A DNA stretch of 64,000 nucleotides from Candidatus Thermofontivivens primus. Lineage in GTDB: Bacteria; Sysuimicrobiota; Sysuimicrobiia; Sysuimicrobiales; Thermofontiviventaceae. Where the stretch lies: positions 192,001-256,000 of the forward strand of contig JAVKJW010000001.1 in assembly GCA_031458695.1 (NCBI GenBank). Reading direction: 5' to 3'. Below are positions 19,708 to 30,945 of this stretch, piece after piece. The notes beneath the pieces are model-generated. The model had not been told where the DNA came from, made no database searches, and saw only the letters and a list, made by a program, of their open reading frames with translations. Both the position numbers and the translations under genes were made by a program. Within the stretch, counting starts at the first letter, position 1. Each line of letters opens with the position of its first letter.

Positions 19708-20748
19708 GTGAGGGTGAGAGTGAGTATCATCGGGGCGTCCGGATACGGGGGAGGGGAGCTCGTGCGTATTCTCGCCGGCCACCCTGAGGTAGAGATCGTC
19801 CATCTCGCCGCCGACTCCCATGCCGGCCAGCCCATGGATGTGCTCTTCCCGAACCTGAAGGCCTTCACCGAGAGGATGACAGAGAGTCCGGATATCCCTC
19901 GCATCGCTTCTGATTCCGACGTGGTCTTCCTTGCCCTTCCCAACGGGCTCGCCATGGACCTCGCCCCTCCGATCCTGGAAAGCGGGGCCAGGGTCATCGA
20001 TCTTGGCGCGGACTTCCGCTTCAAAAAAGCGGAGGTTTACGAACGTTGGTACAAGACGCCCCACCGCAGCCTCCATTACCTGGAAGAGGCTGTCTACGGC
20101 CTCCCGGAGCTGAACCGCGCGGCGATCCGGGGGGCGCGTCTTGTGGCCAACCCGGGGTGCTACCCCACGGCGGCTCTCATCGCCCTCCTGCCGATCTTGC
20201 GTCATCCCGCGGCCTCACGCCGGGGGATTATCGTCGACGCCAAATCTGGAGTCTCTGGGGCAGGGCGGGGAATTTCCCTGGGGACGCACTTCTCTGAAGT
20301 GAACGAAAACGTCAAGCCATACAACGTGGCCGCCCACCGGCACACGCCGGAGATCATCCAGGAGCTTGAAAGCGCCCTTGGGGAACCTGTTTCCCTCACC
20401 TTTACCCCGCACCTAATCCCCATGACGCGGGGGATCCTGGTGACTGCGTACATCCCTCTTAGAGAAGATGTCACAGGCGAAGATCTCAGGGGGGCCTACG
20501 AGGAGGCATATGCAGGTGAGCCCTTTGTCCGGGTGCTTTCTGAGGAACTTCCTCAGACCAAGGCGACGCTTGGGTCGAACTTCTGTGATGTGGCAGTCCG
20601 GGTGGACAGGGATGCCGGGATGGCCATCGCCATGGCAGCTTTGGATAATCTCGTCAAGGGCGCAAGCGGTCAGGCGGTGCAGAACATGAACCTCATGCTA
20701 GGTTTCCCTGAAGACCTGGGGCTTCGCTGGCCCGGACTCTACCCCTAA
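19708..20748 (+). CDS. argC: N-acetyl-gamma-glutamyl-phosphate reductase
   Basis: IIGASGYGG, VANPGCYPT, SGVSGAGR, DNLVKGASGQAVQNMN. Confidence 0.98.
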   Translation: MRVRVSIIGASGYGGGELVRILAGHPEVEIVHLAADSHAGQPMDVLFPNLKAFTERMTESPDIPRIASDSDVVFLALPNGLAMDLAPPILESGARVIDLGADFRFKKAEVYERWYKTPHRSLHYLEEAVYGLPELNRAAIRGARLVANPGCYPTAALIALLPILRHPAASRRGIIVDAKSGVSGAGRGISLGTHFSEVNENVKPYNVAAHRHTPEIIQELESALGEPVSLTFTPHLIPMTRGILVTAYIPLREDVTGEDLRGAYEEAYAGEPFVRVLSEELPQTKATLGSNFCDVAVRVDRDAGMAIAMAALDNLVKGASGQAVQNMNLMLGFPEDLGLRWPGLYP

Positions 20749-20763
20749 ACTGTGAGGTGGCGG

Positions 20764-21966
20764 ATGGACCGCGTGAAACGGATCGAAGGAACGGTAACGA
20801 CCCCCAAAGGCTTTCTCGCCGCGGGGGTGCACTGCGGCATCAAGAAGGAGAGCCTAGACCTTGCTCTGGTCTACTCGACGTCCCTTGCCGCCGCTGCAGG
20901 GGTGTTCACACGGAACCAGGTGAAGGCTGCCCCGGTTCAGCTAAGCCGCCAACGCGTCCCTGGGTACGCTCAGGCGATCGTCATCAACAGTGGGAATGCC
21001 AACGCGTGCACGGGCCTGCAGGGCCTTGCGGATGCGGAAGAGATGGCCAGACTCGTTGCGGAATCCCTCGGGATCTCTCCCGAGCATGTCCTTGTCGCCT
21101 CCACAGGAGTGATTGGGGTCCCGCTCCCGATGGAGCGGATCCGCAAGGGAATCGAGGTGATCACCCAAGCGCTTGGGCCCAATGGGGAGGAAGCGGCTCG
21201 GGCTATCATGACCACCGATTCCTTCCCCAAGATGGCGGCAGTCCAAGTGGAGATCGGTGGGACTGTCGTCACCGTGGGTGGGATGGCCAAGGGGGCGGGA
21301 ATGATTCACCCCTCCATGGCGACCACCCTGTGTGTGATGACAACCGACGCAGCCATCGAGCCGCACTTGCTCCAAGTCTGTCTAGAGCAAGCCATTGACC
21401 GCTCGTTCAATGCCATCAGCGTGGACGGGGATACGAGCACGAACGATAGCGCATTCCTCCTGGCCAACGGCCTCGCCAAGAACCCTCCGATCCGCAGGGA
21501 AGGGGAGGAATTTGCGCGCTTGCAGGCGGCGGTAGATGTTGTGGCCGGGGAGCTCAGCAAGCTCGTGGTGCGGGACGGGGAAGGGGCGACGAAGCTGGTG
21601 GAGGTCCGGGTAAAGGGTGCTTTAGAGCACACGGATGCGAGAAAGGCTGCAGAGGCCATTGCCACTTCCCTCCTGGTGAAGACGGCGCTCTACGGCGGAG
21701 AACCCAACTGGGGTCGGATCATGGCGGCAGTTGGTCGCTCGGGGGCGAGGATTCAAGAGGATCGCATCACCATCTCCATCTGTGGGGAGCAGGTTGTGGT
21801 GGGAGGTGTGGGGGTTCCCGGGGCGTTTGAAGCGGCGGCAGAGAAGTTGAAGGCGAAGGAGGTTGTGATCTCCGTGGACCTTGGATTGGGTCCGGGAGAG
21901 GCCACGATGTGGACGTGCGACCTCACCGAAGAGTATGTGCGCATCAACAGCGGGTATATGACGTAG
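20764..21966 (+). CDS. argJ: Ornithine acetyltransferase
   Basis: NSGNANACTG, KGAGMIHPSMATTL, DGDTSTND, DGEGATK. Confidence 0.98.
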   Translation: MDRVKRIEGTVTTPKGFLAAGVHCGIKKESLDLALVYSTSLAAAAGVFTRNQVKAAPVQLSRQRVPGYAQAIVINSGNANACTGLQGLADAEEMARLVAESLGISPEHVLVASTGVIGVPLPMERIRKGIEVITQALGPNGEEAARAIMTTDSFPKMAAVQVEIGGTVVTVGGMAKGAGMIHPSMATTLCVMTTDAAIEPHLLQVCLEQAIDRSFNAISVDGDTSTNDSAFLLANGLAKNPPIRREGEEFARLQAAVDVVAGELSKLVVRDGEGATKLVEVRVKGALEHTDARKAAEAIATSLLVKTALYGGEPNWGRIMAAVGRSGARIQEDRITISICGEQVVVGGVGVPGAFEAAAEKLKAKEVVISVDLGLGPGEATMWTCDLTEEYVRINSGYMT

Positions 21967-22033
21967 GTCCCAGATACGGGATTCCTGATCGCTCCGGCGT
22001 TGGTGGCTGCACAAGGACAAGAAGGAATCGGAG

Positions 22034-22891
22034 ATGCTGAACAGCGCGGAAGTGGAAAAACTGGGGCGTGAACTGGTTGCGGCGTTGCAGTACGTCAACG
22101 CCTGGCGGGGAAAGACCGTGGTGGTGAAGTACGGCGGCTCCGTGCTCGAGGAGAACGGGGTGGGCACCGTGCTCGAGGACCTGGTCTTGCTCAAGCAGGC
22201 GGGGGTTCATCCCGTCCTCGTCCACGGAGGAGGGCCAGAGATCACCCGGATGCTCAAAGCGTTAGGGCGACAGACCAGGTTCGTCAATGGATTGCGGGTG
22301 ACTGATGCGGAGACCATGGAGGTTGTGGAAATGGTCCTAGCGGGCCGGGTGAACAAGGCCCTCGTTGGGATGTTGAGTACCCTTGGCGCGAGGGCCGTGG
22401 GTCTGAGTGGAAAGGATGGGGGGCTCCTGCGGGTACGCCAGCTGAACGAGGCTCTGGGGTATGTCGGGGAGGTGGAGGTGGCTGATCCGTCTATCCTCCA
22501 TGTGCTCAACAGGGAGGGGTATATTCCTGTTGTGGCCTCCATCGGCCTTGGTCCAGACGGGCGGAGCTACAATCTAAACGCGGACACCGCCGCAGGAGCC
22601 TTAGCCGTGGCCATGGAGGCAAGTAAATTTATCCTTCTTACGGACGTGGAGGGGATCTACGGAAAGGGGGAGGATGGCCCGCAGCTCCTCTCCCAGCTCC
22701 GGGCGGCGGAGGCGAAGGAGTTGATCGCAGCGGGGGTGATCTCGGAGGGGATGATCCCCAAGGTGGAGGCATGCCTGCGTGCTCTGGAGGGAGGTGTCCA
22801 GAGCGCCCACATCATTAGCGGGAAGATCCCCCATGCTCTCTTGGTGGAGCTGTTTACCGAAGCGGGCATTGGGACTATGCTCATCCCGTAA
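22034..22891 (+). CDS. argB: Acetylglutamate kinase
   Basis: VVKYGG, VHGGGPEI, NLNADTAA, GMIPKV. Confidence 0.97.
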   Translation: MLNSAEVEKLGRELVAALQYVNAWRGKTVVVKYGGSVLEENGVGTVLEDLVLLKQAGVHPVLVHGGGPEITRMLKALGRQTRFVNGLRVTDAETMEVVEMVLAGRVNKALVGMLSTLGARAVGLSGKDGGLLRVRQLNEALGYVGEVEVADPSILHVLNREGYIPVVASIGLGPDGRSYNLNADTAAGALAVAMEASKFILLTDVEGIYGKGEDGPQLLSQLRAAEAKELIAAGVISEGMIPKVEACLRALEGGVQSAHIISGKIPHALLVELFTEAGIGTMLIP

Positions 22892-22999
22892 GTTGGGATT
22901 GGTTCCCCAAGAAGCGAAAGAGGTTGGGTTCCCTCCCAAAGGAGGTGAGGCAGGGGGCTAGGTGGGCCCCGATGTGATCCTTTTGCAAAGGAGGGGAAA

Positions 23000-24214
23000 A
23001 TGGACACGAAGACGACCATCGCGTGGACGGAGCGATACATCATGCAGACCTACCGCCGCGCCCCTGTTGCTTTCGTCGAGGGGAACGGGGTGCGTATCCG
23101 GGATGCCGACGGCAAGGAGTATCTCGATTTTGTGGCGGGGATCGCCGTCAACTCCTTGGGGCACAACCATCCGCGATTGGTCAGAGCGATCCAGGAGCAG
23201 GCGGCGCGCCTCCTCCACTGCTCCAATCTCTATCATATCCCTCCTCAAGCGGAGGTGGCCAAGCTCCTGGTGGAACACTCGCCCTTCGACCGGGTCTTCT
23301 TCTGCAACAGCGGTGCGGAAGCGAACGAGGCTGCCATCAAACTGGCGCGGAAATTCGCCAGGCTCCACCATGGACCTGAACGCTACGGGATTCTCACGGC
23401 CACGAACTCCTTCCACGGGCGCACCCTGGCAACGCTCGCAGCCACCGGGCAGGAAAAGTATCGGAAGGGATTTGAACCTCTTCCCCCCGGGTTCAAGGAG
23501 GTTCCCTTTAATGACCTAAAGGCCCTGGAGGAAGCCATCGACGGGTCTACGTGCGCGGTGCTGCTGGAGCCGATCCAGGGAGAAGGAGGGGTGATTCCTG
23601 CGACCCGCGAGTACCTCCAGGGTGTGCGGGCGCTCTGTGACCGCGAGGGACTCCTCCTCATCCTGGACGAAGTTCAGACGGGGATCGGGAGGACGGGGAA
23701 ACTGTTTGCCTATGAGCACTACGGCATCGTCCCGGATATTGTTACCCTTGCCAAGGGGCTCGGCGGGGGCGTCCCCATTGGTGCGGTGTTGGCCAAGGAG
23801 ACCGTCGCATCTGCCTTTCACCCTGGTGACCACGGATCCACCTTCGGAGGGAATCCGTTGAGTTGCACAGCATCCCTGGCCGTACTCCAGACCATCCTGG
23901 AAGATGGCTTCCTGGAGCATGTGACAAGAACAGGAGATTACTTGCTCCAGCGCCTGCGCGAGCTCCAGGAACGTTCCCCGTTGATCCACGATGTGCGCGG
24001 GATCGGCCTCATGGTCGCTGTCGAGCTGGCCGTTGACGCTGCCCCGATCGTGGAAGCCTGTATGGCGCGCGGCCTCCTGGTCAACCCTGTGCAGCCCAAG
24101 GTCTTACGCCTCGTCCCCCCTCTTATCGTTACGAGGGAGGAGGTCGATGAGGCGGTGAGGATCCTTGGGGCAGTGCTCTCAGAAGTCCGTGGTGAGGAGA
24201 GAAGTCAAAGGTAA
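23000..24214 (+). CDS. argD: Acetylornithine aminotransferase
   Basis: [49 protein letters not shown]. Confidence 0.96.
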   Translation: MDTKTTIAWTERYIMQTYRRAPVAFVEGNGVRIRDADGKEYLDFVAGIAVNSLGHNHPRLVRAIQEQAARLLHCSNLYHIPPQAEVAKLLVEHSPFDRVFFCNSGAEANEAAIKLARKFARLHHGPERYGILTATNSFHGRTLATLAATGQEKYRKGFEPLPPGFKEVPFNDLKALEEAIDGSTCAVLLEPIQGEGGVIPATREYLQGVRALCDREGLLLILDEVQTGIGRTGKLFAYEHYGIVPDIVTLAKGLGGGVPIGAVLAKETVASAFHPGDHGSTFGGNPLSCTASLAVLQTILEDGFLEHVTRTGDYLLQRLRELQERSPLIHDVRGIGLMVAVELAVDAAPIVEACMARGLLVNPVQPKVLRLVPPLIVTREEVDEAVRILGAVLSEVRGEERSQR

Positions 24215-24228
24215 GGGAGGAGGAGAAG

Positions 24229-25467
24229 ATGAGGGAGATTAAGAAGGCGGTGTTGGCCTATTCCGGCGGGCTGGACACTTCTGTGATTATCCCCTGGCTC
24301 GTGGAGAATTACGGGTGTGAAGTGATCGCCGTGGTGGCTGACGTGGGACAGGGGGAGGACCTCGAAGAGATCAGGGCAAAGGCCTTGGCCAGTGGGGCAA
24401 GTAAGTGTTACGTCGTGGACGTCAAGGAGGAGTTCGTCACCGGGTTCATCTTCCCTGCGCTCCGCGCCAATGCCATCTATGAGGGACGGTACCTCCTAGG
24501 GACGGCTCTCGCGCGCCCCATCATCGCCCGGGCTCAGGTGGAAGTCGCCCTCCAGGAAGGTGCCGATGCTTTGGTCCATGGGTGTACCGGGAAGGGCAAT
24601 GACCAGGTGCGGTTTGAGCTGGCCTATCAGGCCCTCGCCCCGCATATGCATGTGATCGCGCCGTGGAGGGAGTGGCAACTCCGTTCCCGGGAAGAGGAGA
24701 TCGAGTACGCCAAGGCGCATGGGGTCCCAGTCCCTGTGACCAAGGAGAAGCCGTACAGCATGGACAGGAACCTGTGGCATCTGAGCATCGAAGGGGGGAT
24801 CCTGGAGGATCCACAGGTGGAACCTCCAGAGGAGATCTTTCACCTCACCATCTCTCCTGAGAAGGCTCCCGACCAACCCGAATATGTGGAGATCGGTTTT
24901 GAGAAAGGGACCCCCGTCAGCGTGAACGGTCAGCGTCTCGATCCTGTTGCGCTGGTTCAGGAGCTGAACAAGATCGGCGGGAGAAATGGTGTAGGAAGGG
25001 TGGACATGGTGGAGAACCGGCTGGTGGGGATGAAGAGCAGGGGGGTGTACGAGACCCCCGGCGGGACCCTTTTGGCGATCGCGCACAGGGACCTGGAATC
25101 CATCACCCTCGACCGGGAGACCTTTCACTTTAAGGAGCTCATTGGCCAGCGGTACGCTGAGCTCGTCTACTATGGCCAATGGTACTCCCCTCTCCGCCAG
25201 GCGCTGGATGCCTTTGTGGCCAAGACCCAGGAAACGGTGACGGGAACGGTTCGGCTGAAGCTCTACAAAGGGAGCTGTCTCGCTGTAGGTAGGTGGTCCC
25301 CGAACTCCCTGTACCGGCACGACCTCGCTACCTTTGGGGCCTCCGGCACCTACGACCAGAAGGATGCCAAGGGGTTCATCACGCTGTGGGGTTTACCCAC
25401 CCGGGTGTTCAGCGAGGTCAACCCCTCGCTCATCCGCACCGTCCGGGAGACCATGAAGGCTCCCTAG
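24229..25467 (+). CDS. argG: Argininosuccinate synthase
   Basis: [41 protein letters not shown]. Confidence 0.99.
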   Translation: MREIKKAVLAYSGGLDTSVIIPWLVENYGCEVIAVVADVGQGEDLEEIRAKALASGASKCYVVDVKEEFVTGFIFPALRANAIYEGRYLLGTALARPIIARAQVEVALQEGADALVHGCTGKGNDQVRFELAYQALAPHMHVIAPWREWQLRSREEEIEYAKAHGVPVPVTKEKPYSMDRNLWHLSIEGGILEDPQVEPPEEIFHLTISPEKAPDQPEYVEIGFEKGTPVSVNGQRLDPVALVQELNKIGGRNGVGRVDMVENRLVGMKSRGVYETPGGTLLAIAHRDLESITLDRETFHFKELIGQRYAELVYYGQWYSPLRQALDAFVAKTQETVTGTVRLKLYKGSCLAVGRWSPNSLYRHDLATFGASGTYDQKDAKGFITLWGLPTRVFSEVNPSLIRTVRETMKAP

Positions 25468-25751
25468 CTTCTCGGTCCCTGAGTGCACGGCCTCTCTATC
25501 CCTGCGTGGGTTCCCGGAGGAGCTCGCCAAGCTACGGTCTTTCAGGCGGGCATCTGAGAGGGATCAATGCCTCAAAGGGACCTCACAGACCTCCAGGACG
25601 ATTCCGCCAAATCAATGGTTGTGGGGTCCCCATGGCTCTTCTCGAAGACCTCTACTGCTGGAGCAAAAGTTTCTTCGAATTGGCCGGGGGGATGGACAAG
25701 GGATGCCCTTCTCAGCCATGGAACTCATCCATAGAGAGAGGTGAACCAAAA

Positions 25752-27182
25752 ATGGGGGAGTACCGGACCTGGGGAGGCAGGTTCGAAGGATCGCTTGACC
25801 CAATGATCTCCCGCTTCACTTCTTCCCTCCCCTTCGACCGTCGCCTCGTCCGTGCAGACATCCTAGGGAGCATCGCCCACGCGATGATGTTGGGGCGATG
25901 CGGGATCATCGGGGAGGAGGAAGCCGAGGCGCTGGTTTCTGGACTGTGGACGCTCCTCGAAGACGTGGAGGAGGGCAGGATTGTGGTGGAGGGAGCAGAG
26001 GACATTCACACGTTTGTGGAAGGGGTGCTCCGGGAACGCCTGGGAGACATCGCCGGGAAGTTGCACACAGCCCGCAGCCGCAACGATCAAGTTGCCACAG
26101 ACTTGCGTCTCTACCTGCGGGAGGAGATCGCTGCCATCGTGAAGCTCCTCCTCGACCTGGAGGAGACCTTCCTACATATGGCCGAGGAGAACTTCGATGT
26201 CATTGTCCCGGGATATACCCACCTCCAGCGTGCACAACCGGTTCTCCTGGCCCACCACCTCCACGCGTACGTAGAGATGCTCAACCGGGACATCGATCGC
26301 CTCAAGGACTGCTACCGCAGGACGAATGTCCTCCCCTTGGGTTCGGGTGCGCTTGCTGGGACTTCCTTCCCTGTTGATCGGGAGCTGATCAAAGAGCTCC
26401 TTGGGTTTGAAGGGATCAGTGCGAATAGCATGGATGCCGCGAGCGACAGGGATTTCGTGGTGGAATTCCTCGCTGCCGCCGCGCTCGTGATGGTGCACCT
26501 CTCGCGGTGGGCCGAGGAGGTGGTAGCCTGGAGCAGCCAGGAGTTTGGGTTCTTCCGGCTCGACGACCGCGTGTGCACGGGAAGTAGCATCATGCCCCAG
26601 AAGAAGAATCCCGACGCCGCTGAGCTCATTCGGGCGAAGGCAGGGCGCGTGGTTGGTGCTCTGAGCGCAATGCTCATGGTGCTGAAGGGATTGCCGTTGT
26701 CCTACCACCGTGATCTCCAGGAAGACAAGGAGGTCCTGTTCGATGCCGTAGAGACTTTGAAGGCTTGTCTTGAGGCTGCCCGACGTGTGTGCGAGGGGAT
26801 CACCGTGGACCGTGCGAGGATCGAGGCCTCCCTGCGTGGAGGATACATGACCGCGACCGAGGTGGCGGATTACCTTACCCGGAAGGGAGTTCCGTTCCGG
26901 ATAGCCCACGAGGTGGTTGGGCGGATGGTGCGCTATGCCGAGGAACGTGGTAAGGAGTTGTGGGAACTTGGCCTTGAGGAGTACCGGGAGTTCTCTCCGC
27001 TCTTCGAGGCAGATGTGATCTCCCTGGCCACCCCATGGGGAACCGTCCAGTCGAAACGCTCCCCCGGCGGGACAGCCCCCTCTCGGGTGAAGGAAGCGTT
27101 GCAGGAGGCTTGGAGGAAGGTGGAAAAGGACAGGGCTTGGCTGGCGTCAAGGCCCAAGATAAAGCTCCGGAGTGGGATATAA
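25752..27182 (+). CDS. argH: Argininosuccinate lyase
   Basis: WGGRF, HTARSRNDQ, PGYTHLQRAQP, GSSIMPQKKNPD; ATG 25752 after GAGGTG. Confidence 0.97.
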   Translation: MGEYRTWGGRFEGSLDPMISRFTSSLPFDRRLVRADILGSIAHAMMLGRCGIIGEEEAEALVSGLWTLLEDVEEGRIVVEGAEDIHTFVEGVLRERLGDIAGKLHTARSRNDQVATDLRLYLREEIAAIVKLLLDLEETFLHMAEENFDVIVPGYTHLQRAQPVLLAHHLHAYVEMLNRDIDRLKDCYRRTNVLPLGSGALAGTSFPVDRELIKELLGFEGISANSMDAASDRDFVVEFLAAAALVMVHLSRWAEEVVAWSSQEFGFFRLDDRVCTGSSIMPQKKNPDAAELIRAKAGRVVGALSAMLMVLKGLPLSYHRDLQEDKEVLFDAVETLKACLEAARRVCEGITVDRARIEASLRGGYMTATEVADYLTRKGVPFRIAHEVVGRMVRYAEERGKELWELGLEEYREFSPLFEADVISLATPWGTVQSKRSPGGTAPSRVKEALQEAWRKVEKDRAWLASRPKIKLRSGI

Positions 27183-27198
27183 GGGAAGGGCGCAGGAG

Positions 27199-27672
27199 AT
27201 GACGCCTCAGGAAAGGAAGAGGGAGCGTCTCATCCTGGAGATCCTCCGCCGGCAGCCTGTGGGGACGCAGGCGGAGCTCGTTCGCCAGTTACGGCGCATG
27301 GGGATGAAGGTGACGCAGGCGACGGTGTCCAGGGACCTCAGGCGCCTCGGGGTTGTCAAGGTGCGCACAGACCAGGGGGGTTACCGCTATCTGCCTCCCG
27401 AGGAACCTCTGCCTCCTCCTCGAGAAGCCCAGGATCGGTTGGTCCGGTCATTCCAGGAGTTCGTCACGGAAGTGGACTTCGGGGTGGACTTGGTCCTCGT
27501 CAAAACGCTCACAGGTCGCGCGAATGCCGTTGCTGCGGCCATCGACGAGGTGCGCTGGCCAGACGTCGCAGGGACCGTTGCTGGCGACGACACCATCATC
27601 GTGGTTCCCAGGACGAAAGCAGCACAGCGGAAAGTGTTGGAACGCCTCCGCAAACTCCTTGTGAAGACGTGA
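27199..27672 (+). CDS. argR: Arginine repressor
   Basis: VTQATVSRDL, GTVAGDDTI. Confidence 0.97.
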   Translation: MTPQERKRERLILEILRRQPVGTQAELVRQLRRMGMKVTQATVSRDLRRLGVVKVRTDQGGYRYLPPEEPLPPPREAQDRLVRSFQEFVTEVDFGVDLVLVKTLTGRANAVAAAIDEVRWPDVAGTVAGDDTIIVVPRTKAAQRKVLERLRKLLVKT

Positions 27673-27844
27673 AGGAACCCTCCCAAAGACCAGGACAGGT
27701 TGCCCAGGGGAAAGGGAGGGTTTCAGCTTGTCTTGCGGAAAATGGAACAGGAGGGGCAAGGAGCTCGGCGAAATCTTCGTGACAATATGTGCAGGGGTTC
27801 CTGATGTTCAAGGGGTTTATATTATACGTAGAGGTGTATCGGCT

Positions 27845-28807
27845 GTGTCCGAGCAGGTGCGCGAAAAACGGGTAATCCTCCCCGAGGAAGTTGAGGCGGT
27901 CGCTGTCCTTGGCCAAGGAGATGCGATCCTCCGGATGATCGAAGAAGCCCTTGGGACCGAGGTGGTCTCCCGCGGCCGGGAACTGATCCTCCGTGGCTCA
28001 GAGGCAAGTGTGGAGAAAGCAGAGAGGCTGCTCATGGACCTCTCCGCCCTCTCCCGGAAACGGCCCATCGAGCTCAGCGACGTCCAGTACGCGCTCCGCA
28101 TGCTTGCGGCCAAGCCTACCGAGACCCTCCCTACGGATGTCCTCCTGACAACCCCGAGCGGCAAGACCATTGGGCCGAGGACTTCGGGCCAGAAGAGGTA
28201 TGTCGAGGCGATGCTGCGCCACGATCTTGTGATCGCCATCGGCCCCGCAGGGACCGGGAAGACCTACCTGGCCGTCGCCATGGCGGTCCTTGCGCTTAAG
28301 GAGAGGAAGGTCCAGCGCCTGATCCTGACACGTCCGGCGGTAGAAGCAGGAGAGAAACTGGGATTCCTCCCTGGAGACCTGTATGCAAAGGTGGATCCCT
28401 ACCTCAGGCCCCTCTACGATGCCCTCTATGAGATGATGGGGCCTGAGCGTTTCCAGCGTCTTGCGGAGAAGGGGATCATCGAAGTCGCGCCCCTGGCTTA
28501 TATGCGCGGTCGCACGCTGAACGACTCCTTCATTATCCTGGACGAAGCCCAGAACACGACCCACGAGCAGATGAAGATGTTTCTCACCCGGCTCGGGTTT
28601 GGATCCAAAGCAGTGATCACTGGGGATATCACCCAGATCGACCTTCCCAAGGACAAAGCCTCGGGGCTCGTGGAGGTCCAGGAGATCCTCCGGGGGGTGG
28701 AAGGGATCGCCTTTGTCTACCTGACGGAGACGGATGTCGTCCGGCATGACCTCGTGCAGAAGATCGTGCGGGCCTATGAGGCGTATGAGGAAAGCAGACG
28801 GTCCTAA
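27845..28807 (+). CDS. phoH: PhoH-family ATPase
   Basis: GPAGTGKTYLA, RPAVEAGEKLGFLPGD, MRGRTL, DEAQN. Confidence 0.96.
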   Translation: MSEQVREKRVILPEEVEAVAVLGQGDAILRMIEEALGTEVVSRGRELILRGSEASVEKAERLLMDLSALSRKRPIELSDVQYALRMLAAKPTETLPTDVLLTTPSGKTIGPRTSGQKRYVEAMLRHDLVIAIGPAGTGKTYLAVAMAVLALKERKVQRLILTRPAVEAGEKLGFLPGDLYAKVDPYLRPLYDALYEMMGPERFQRLAEKGIIEVAPLAYMRGRTLNDSFIILDEAQNTTHEQMKMFLTRLGFGSKAVITGDITQIDLPKDKASGLVEVQEILRGVEGIAFVYLTETDVVRHDLVQKIVRAYEAYEESRRS

Positions 28808-30923
28808 AGCTGCTCGCCTGTTTGCCCCTGGTGGCAGCCGATCTCTCCTCTCCTGGGTGCGCAGCTCTTCTGTCCAGAAGGTGGTGATCGGGGGATTGAC
28901 CATCCTAGCGCTCTCGGCGATCCTCTCCGTCCCAAGCCTTTCCTCGCGCCTCGACCTGCGCGAAGGGAGGGTGAGCCCTCGCGACCTCGAATCTCCCCGC
29001 ACTGTGGAGTTCGTTGACTGGGGCCGCACGATGGCGAAGCGCCAAGAAGCGGCTAGCAAGGTCCAGCCGGTGTACCTTCCCTCCCCGGGAGAGACGCAGG
29101 AAGCGAAGCAGGCCGTGGTGCAAGCATTCGCGGCCCTTCGCAGGATGAAGGAGGAAGTACCCGCCCCTCTCAACCGAGAGGAGTTAGAGCGATGGCGCGC
29201 CACCCTCAGCCCCTTCTTGCCTGAGGCATTGGTGGAGCACGCCTACCTCCTCTCCCCTGAAGAGCTGAGGAGTGCAGAGCTTCTGGCTTCCACGGCTGTC
29301 CAACAGGTCATGGGAGGAGGGGTGCGGGAGGGAGACCTGGAGGAGGCACGGAGGAAGGTGCAAGCGATCGTCGCTGCAAGTGGCCAACCGGACCGGATCC
29401 TCACTCTGGCAACGGCGGTCGCACAGCAAGCGTTGCGCCCAAACCTCCTCCTCGATGAAGAGGAGACGCGGCGCCAGCAACGCCGGGCAATGGAAGCCGT
29501 ACCGCCTGTGGTGGTCCGGGTACTCCGCGGGGAGGTGATCGTCCGCCGGGGCGAGGTGGTGACGCGCGACCACCTCCTCAAGCTTTCCGCTGTCGGATTG
29601 ACACAACCCTCCGGTGATCTTCTCTCCGTTGCAGGGAACATTCTTCTCTCGACCCTCCTCGTTGCCTTCGCTGCCTTCTCCTTTGCCCGCTCCCACGAAG
29701 AGGTATGGCGCCAAAGTAAGCTGTTGCTGCTCGTGAGTCTTCTCACCATCGTTACCGTTCTCGCCGCTCGCCTGGTCATGGTGAGGTTCCACCCCTATTT
29801 CATGCCCACTGCGGCAGCCACAATGCTCCTGGCGATTCTGTTCAACCCAGGCCTGGCCGTGGTGGTGGCCATTGTCTTGGCGTTTGCTCTAGGAGTCGTG
29901 GCAGGCTGGGATCTCCAGCTGGGGTTCGTCACCGTGGTGGGGGCTGTTGCGGGAGCATACGCGATCCGTCACTTGCACCGCCGTATCGACCTTGCCTACG
30001 CCGGGCTGAAAGTAGGGGTTGCGAATATGCTAGCTATAGCGGCCGTGGAGCTGATTGGCCATGATCCTTTCTATCCCGATATCGTGATCAAAACCACCTT
30101 TGGAATGGCCAATGGGCTAGTTTCTGGGCTCGTGGCTATTGGGCTCCTTCCTTATCTGGAGAGCCTGTTCGGGCTGCTCACCCCGATCAAGCTGCTGGAG
30201 CTGGCCAACCCAGGTCATCCACTGCTGCGGCGTCTCCAGCTGGAGGCTCCAGGGACTTACCACCACAGCATTATGGTGGGAAACTTGGCCGAGGCTGCCG
30301 CAGAGGCCATTGGCGCAAACGCGCTCCTGGTCCGGGTGGGAACGTATTACCACGATATCGGCAAGCTGCGCCGTCCCGCGTTTTTCATCGAGAACCAGAT
30401 TGGGATCGAGAACCCGCACGACCGGATGAACCCGAGCCTCTCCGCCCTGACCATCAGCGCCCACGTCCGTGACGGGCTCCAGTATGCCAGGGAACATCGC
30501 CTCCCAGAGAGGATCGCCGCGTTCATCACCGAGCACCACGGGACGAGCCGCATCTCGTATTTCTACCACCTGGCCATGGAGCGGGAGGAGGGAGCGGTGG
30601 AGGAAGGGATCTTTCGCTATGAGGGGCCAAAGCCCCAGAGTAAAGAGACGGCGGTGGTCATGCTCGCCGATGCTGTAGAGGCATCTGTTCGTTCCCTCTC
30701 CAGGCCCACCCCAGACAGGATTGAGCAGGTGATCCGACGCATCGTGAAAGAGAAGCTAGAGGACGGACAGCTTGACGAGTGTGACCTCACCCTGAAGGAG
30801 CTGGAGCACATTGTGCAGGCGTTCCTTCGGGTTCTTACAGGGATCTACCACCCCAGGATCGAGTACCCGGAGGAGCGGGAGGTCCGGGGGCAACAGGAGA
30901 AACGAATATCCAAAATCATGTAG
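28785..30923 (+). CDS. 7TM-HD phosphohydrolase (PgpH-like c-di-AMP phosphodiesterase)
   Basis: Extracellular domain + 7TM + APGTYHHS, YYHDIGK, EHHGT, MLADAVEA; start uncertain (28776/28785). Confidence 0.9.
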   Translation: MRKADGPKAARLFAPGGSRSLLSWVRSSSVQKVVIGGLTILALSAILSVPSLSSRLDLREGRVSPRDLESPRTVEFVDWGRTMAKRQEAASKVQPVYLPSPGETQEAKQAVVQAFAALRRMKEEVPAPLNREELERWRATLSPFLPEALVEHAYLLSPEELRSAELLASTAVQQVMGGGVREGDLEEARRKVQAIVAASGQPDRILTLATAVAQQALRPNLLLDEEETRRQQRRAMEAVPPVVVRVLRGEVIVRRGEVVTRDHLLKLSAVGLTQPSGDLLSVAGNILLSTLLVAFAAFSFARSHEEVWRQSKLLLLVSLLTIVTVLAARLVMVRFHPYFMPTAAATMLLAILFNPGLAVVVAIVLAFALGVVAGWDLQLGFVTVVGAVAGAYAIRHLHRRIDLAYAGLKVGVANMLAIAAVELIGHDPFYPDIVIKTTFGMANGLVSGLVAIGLLPYLESLFGLLTPIKLLELANPGHPLLRRLQLEAPGTYHHSIMVGNLAEAAAEAIGANALLVRVGTYYHDIGKLRRPAFFIENQIGIENPHDRMNPSLSALTISAHVRDGLQYAREHRLPERIAAFITEHHGTSRISYFYHLAMEREEGAVEEGIFRYEGPKPQSKETAVVMLADAVEASVRSLSRPTPDRIEQVIRRIVKEKLEDGQLDECDLTLKELEHIVQAFLRVLTGIYHPRIEYPEEREVRGQQEKRISKIM

Positions 30924-30945
30924 ATTCCGAATCTGAGGGATACCC

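Noticed and set aside
19056..19787. 243-aa ORF as an intact transposase
   Set aside because: Only the first part is ISL3-like; it shifts out of frame and runs through the repeat into argC.
25293..25751. 153-aa N-terminal extension of ArgH
   Set aside because: Overlaps argG; ArgH homology and a good SD begin at 25752.
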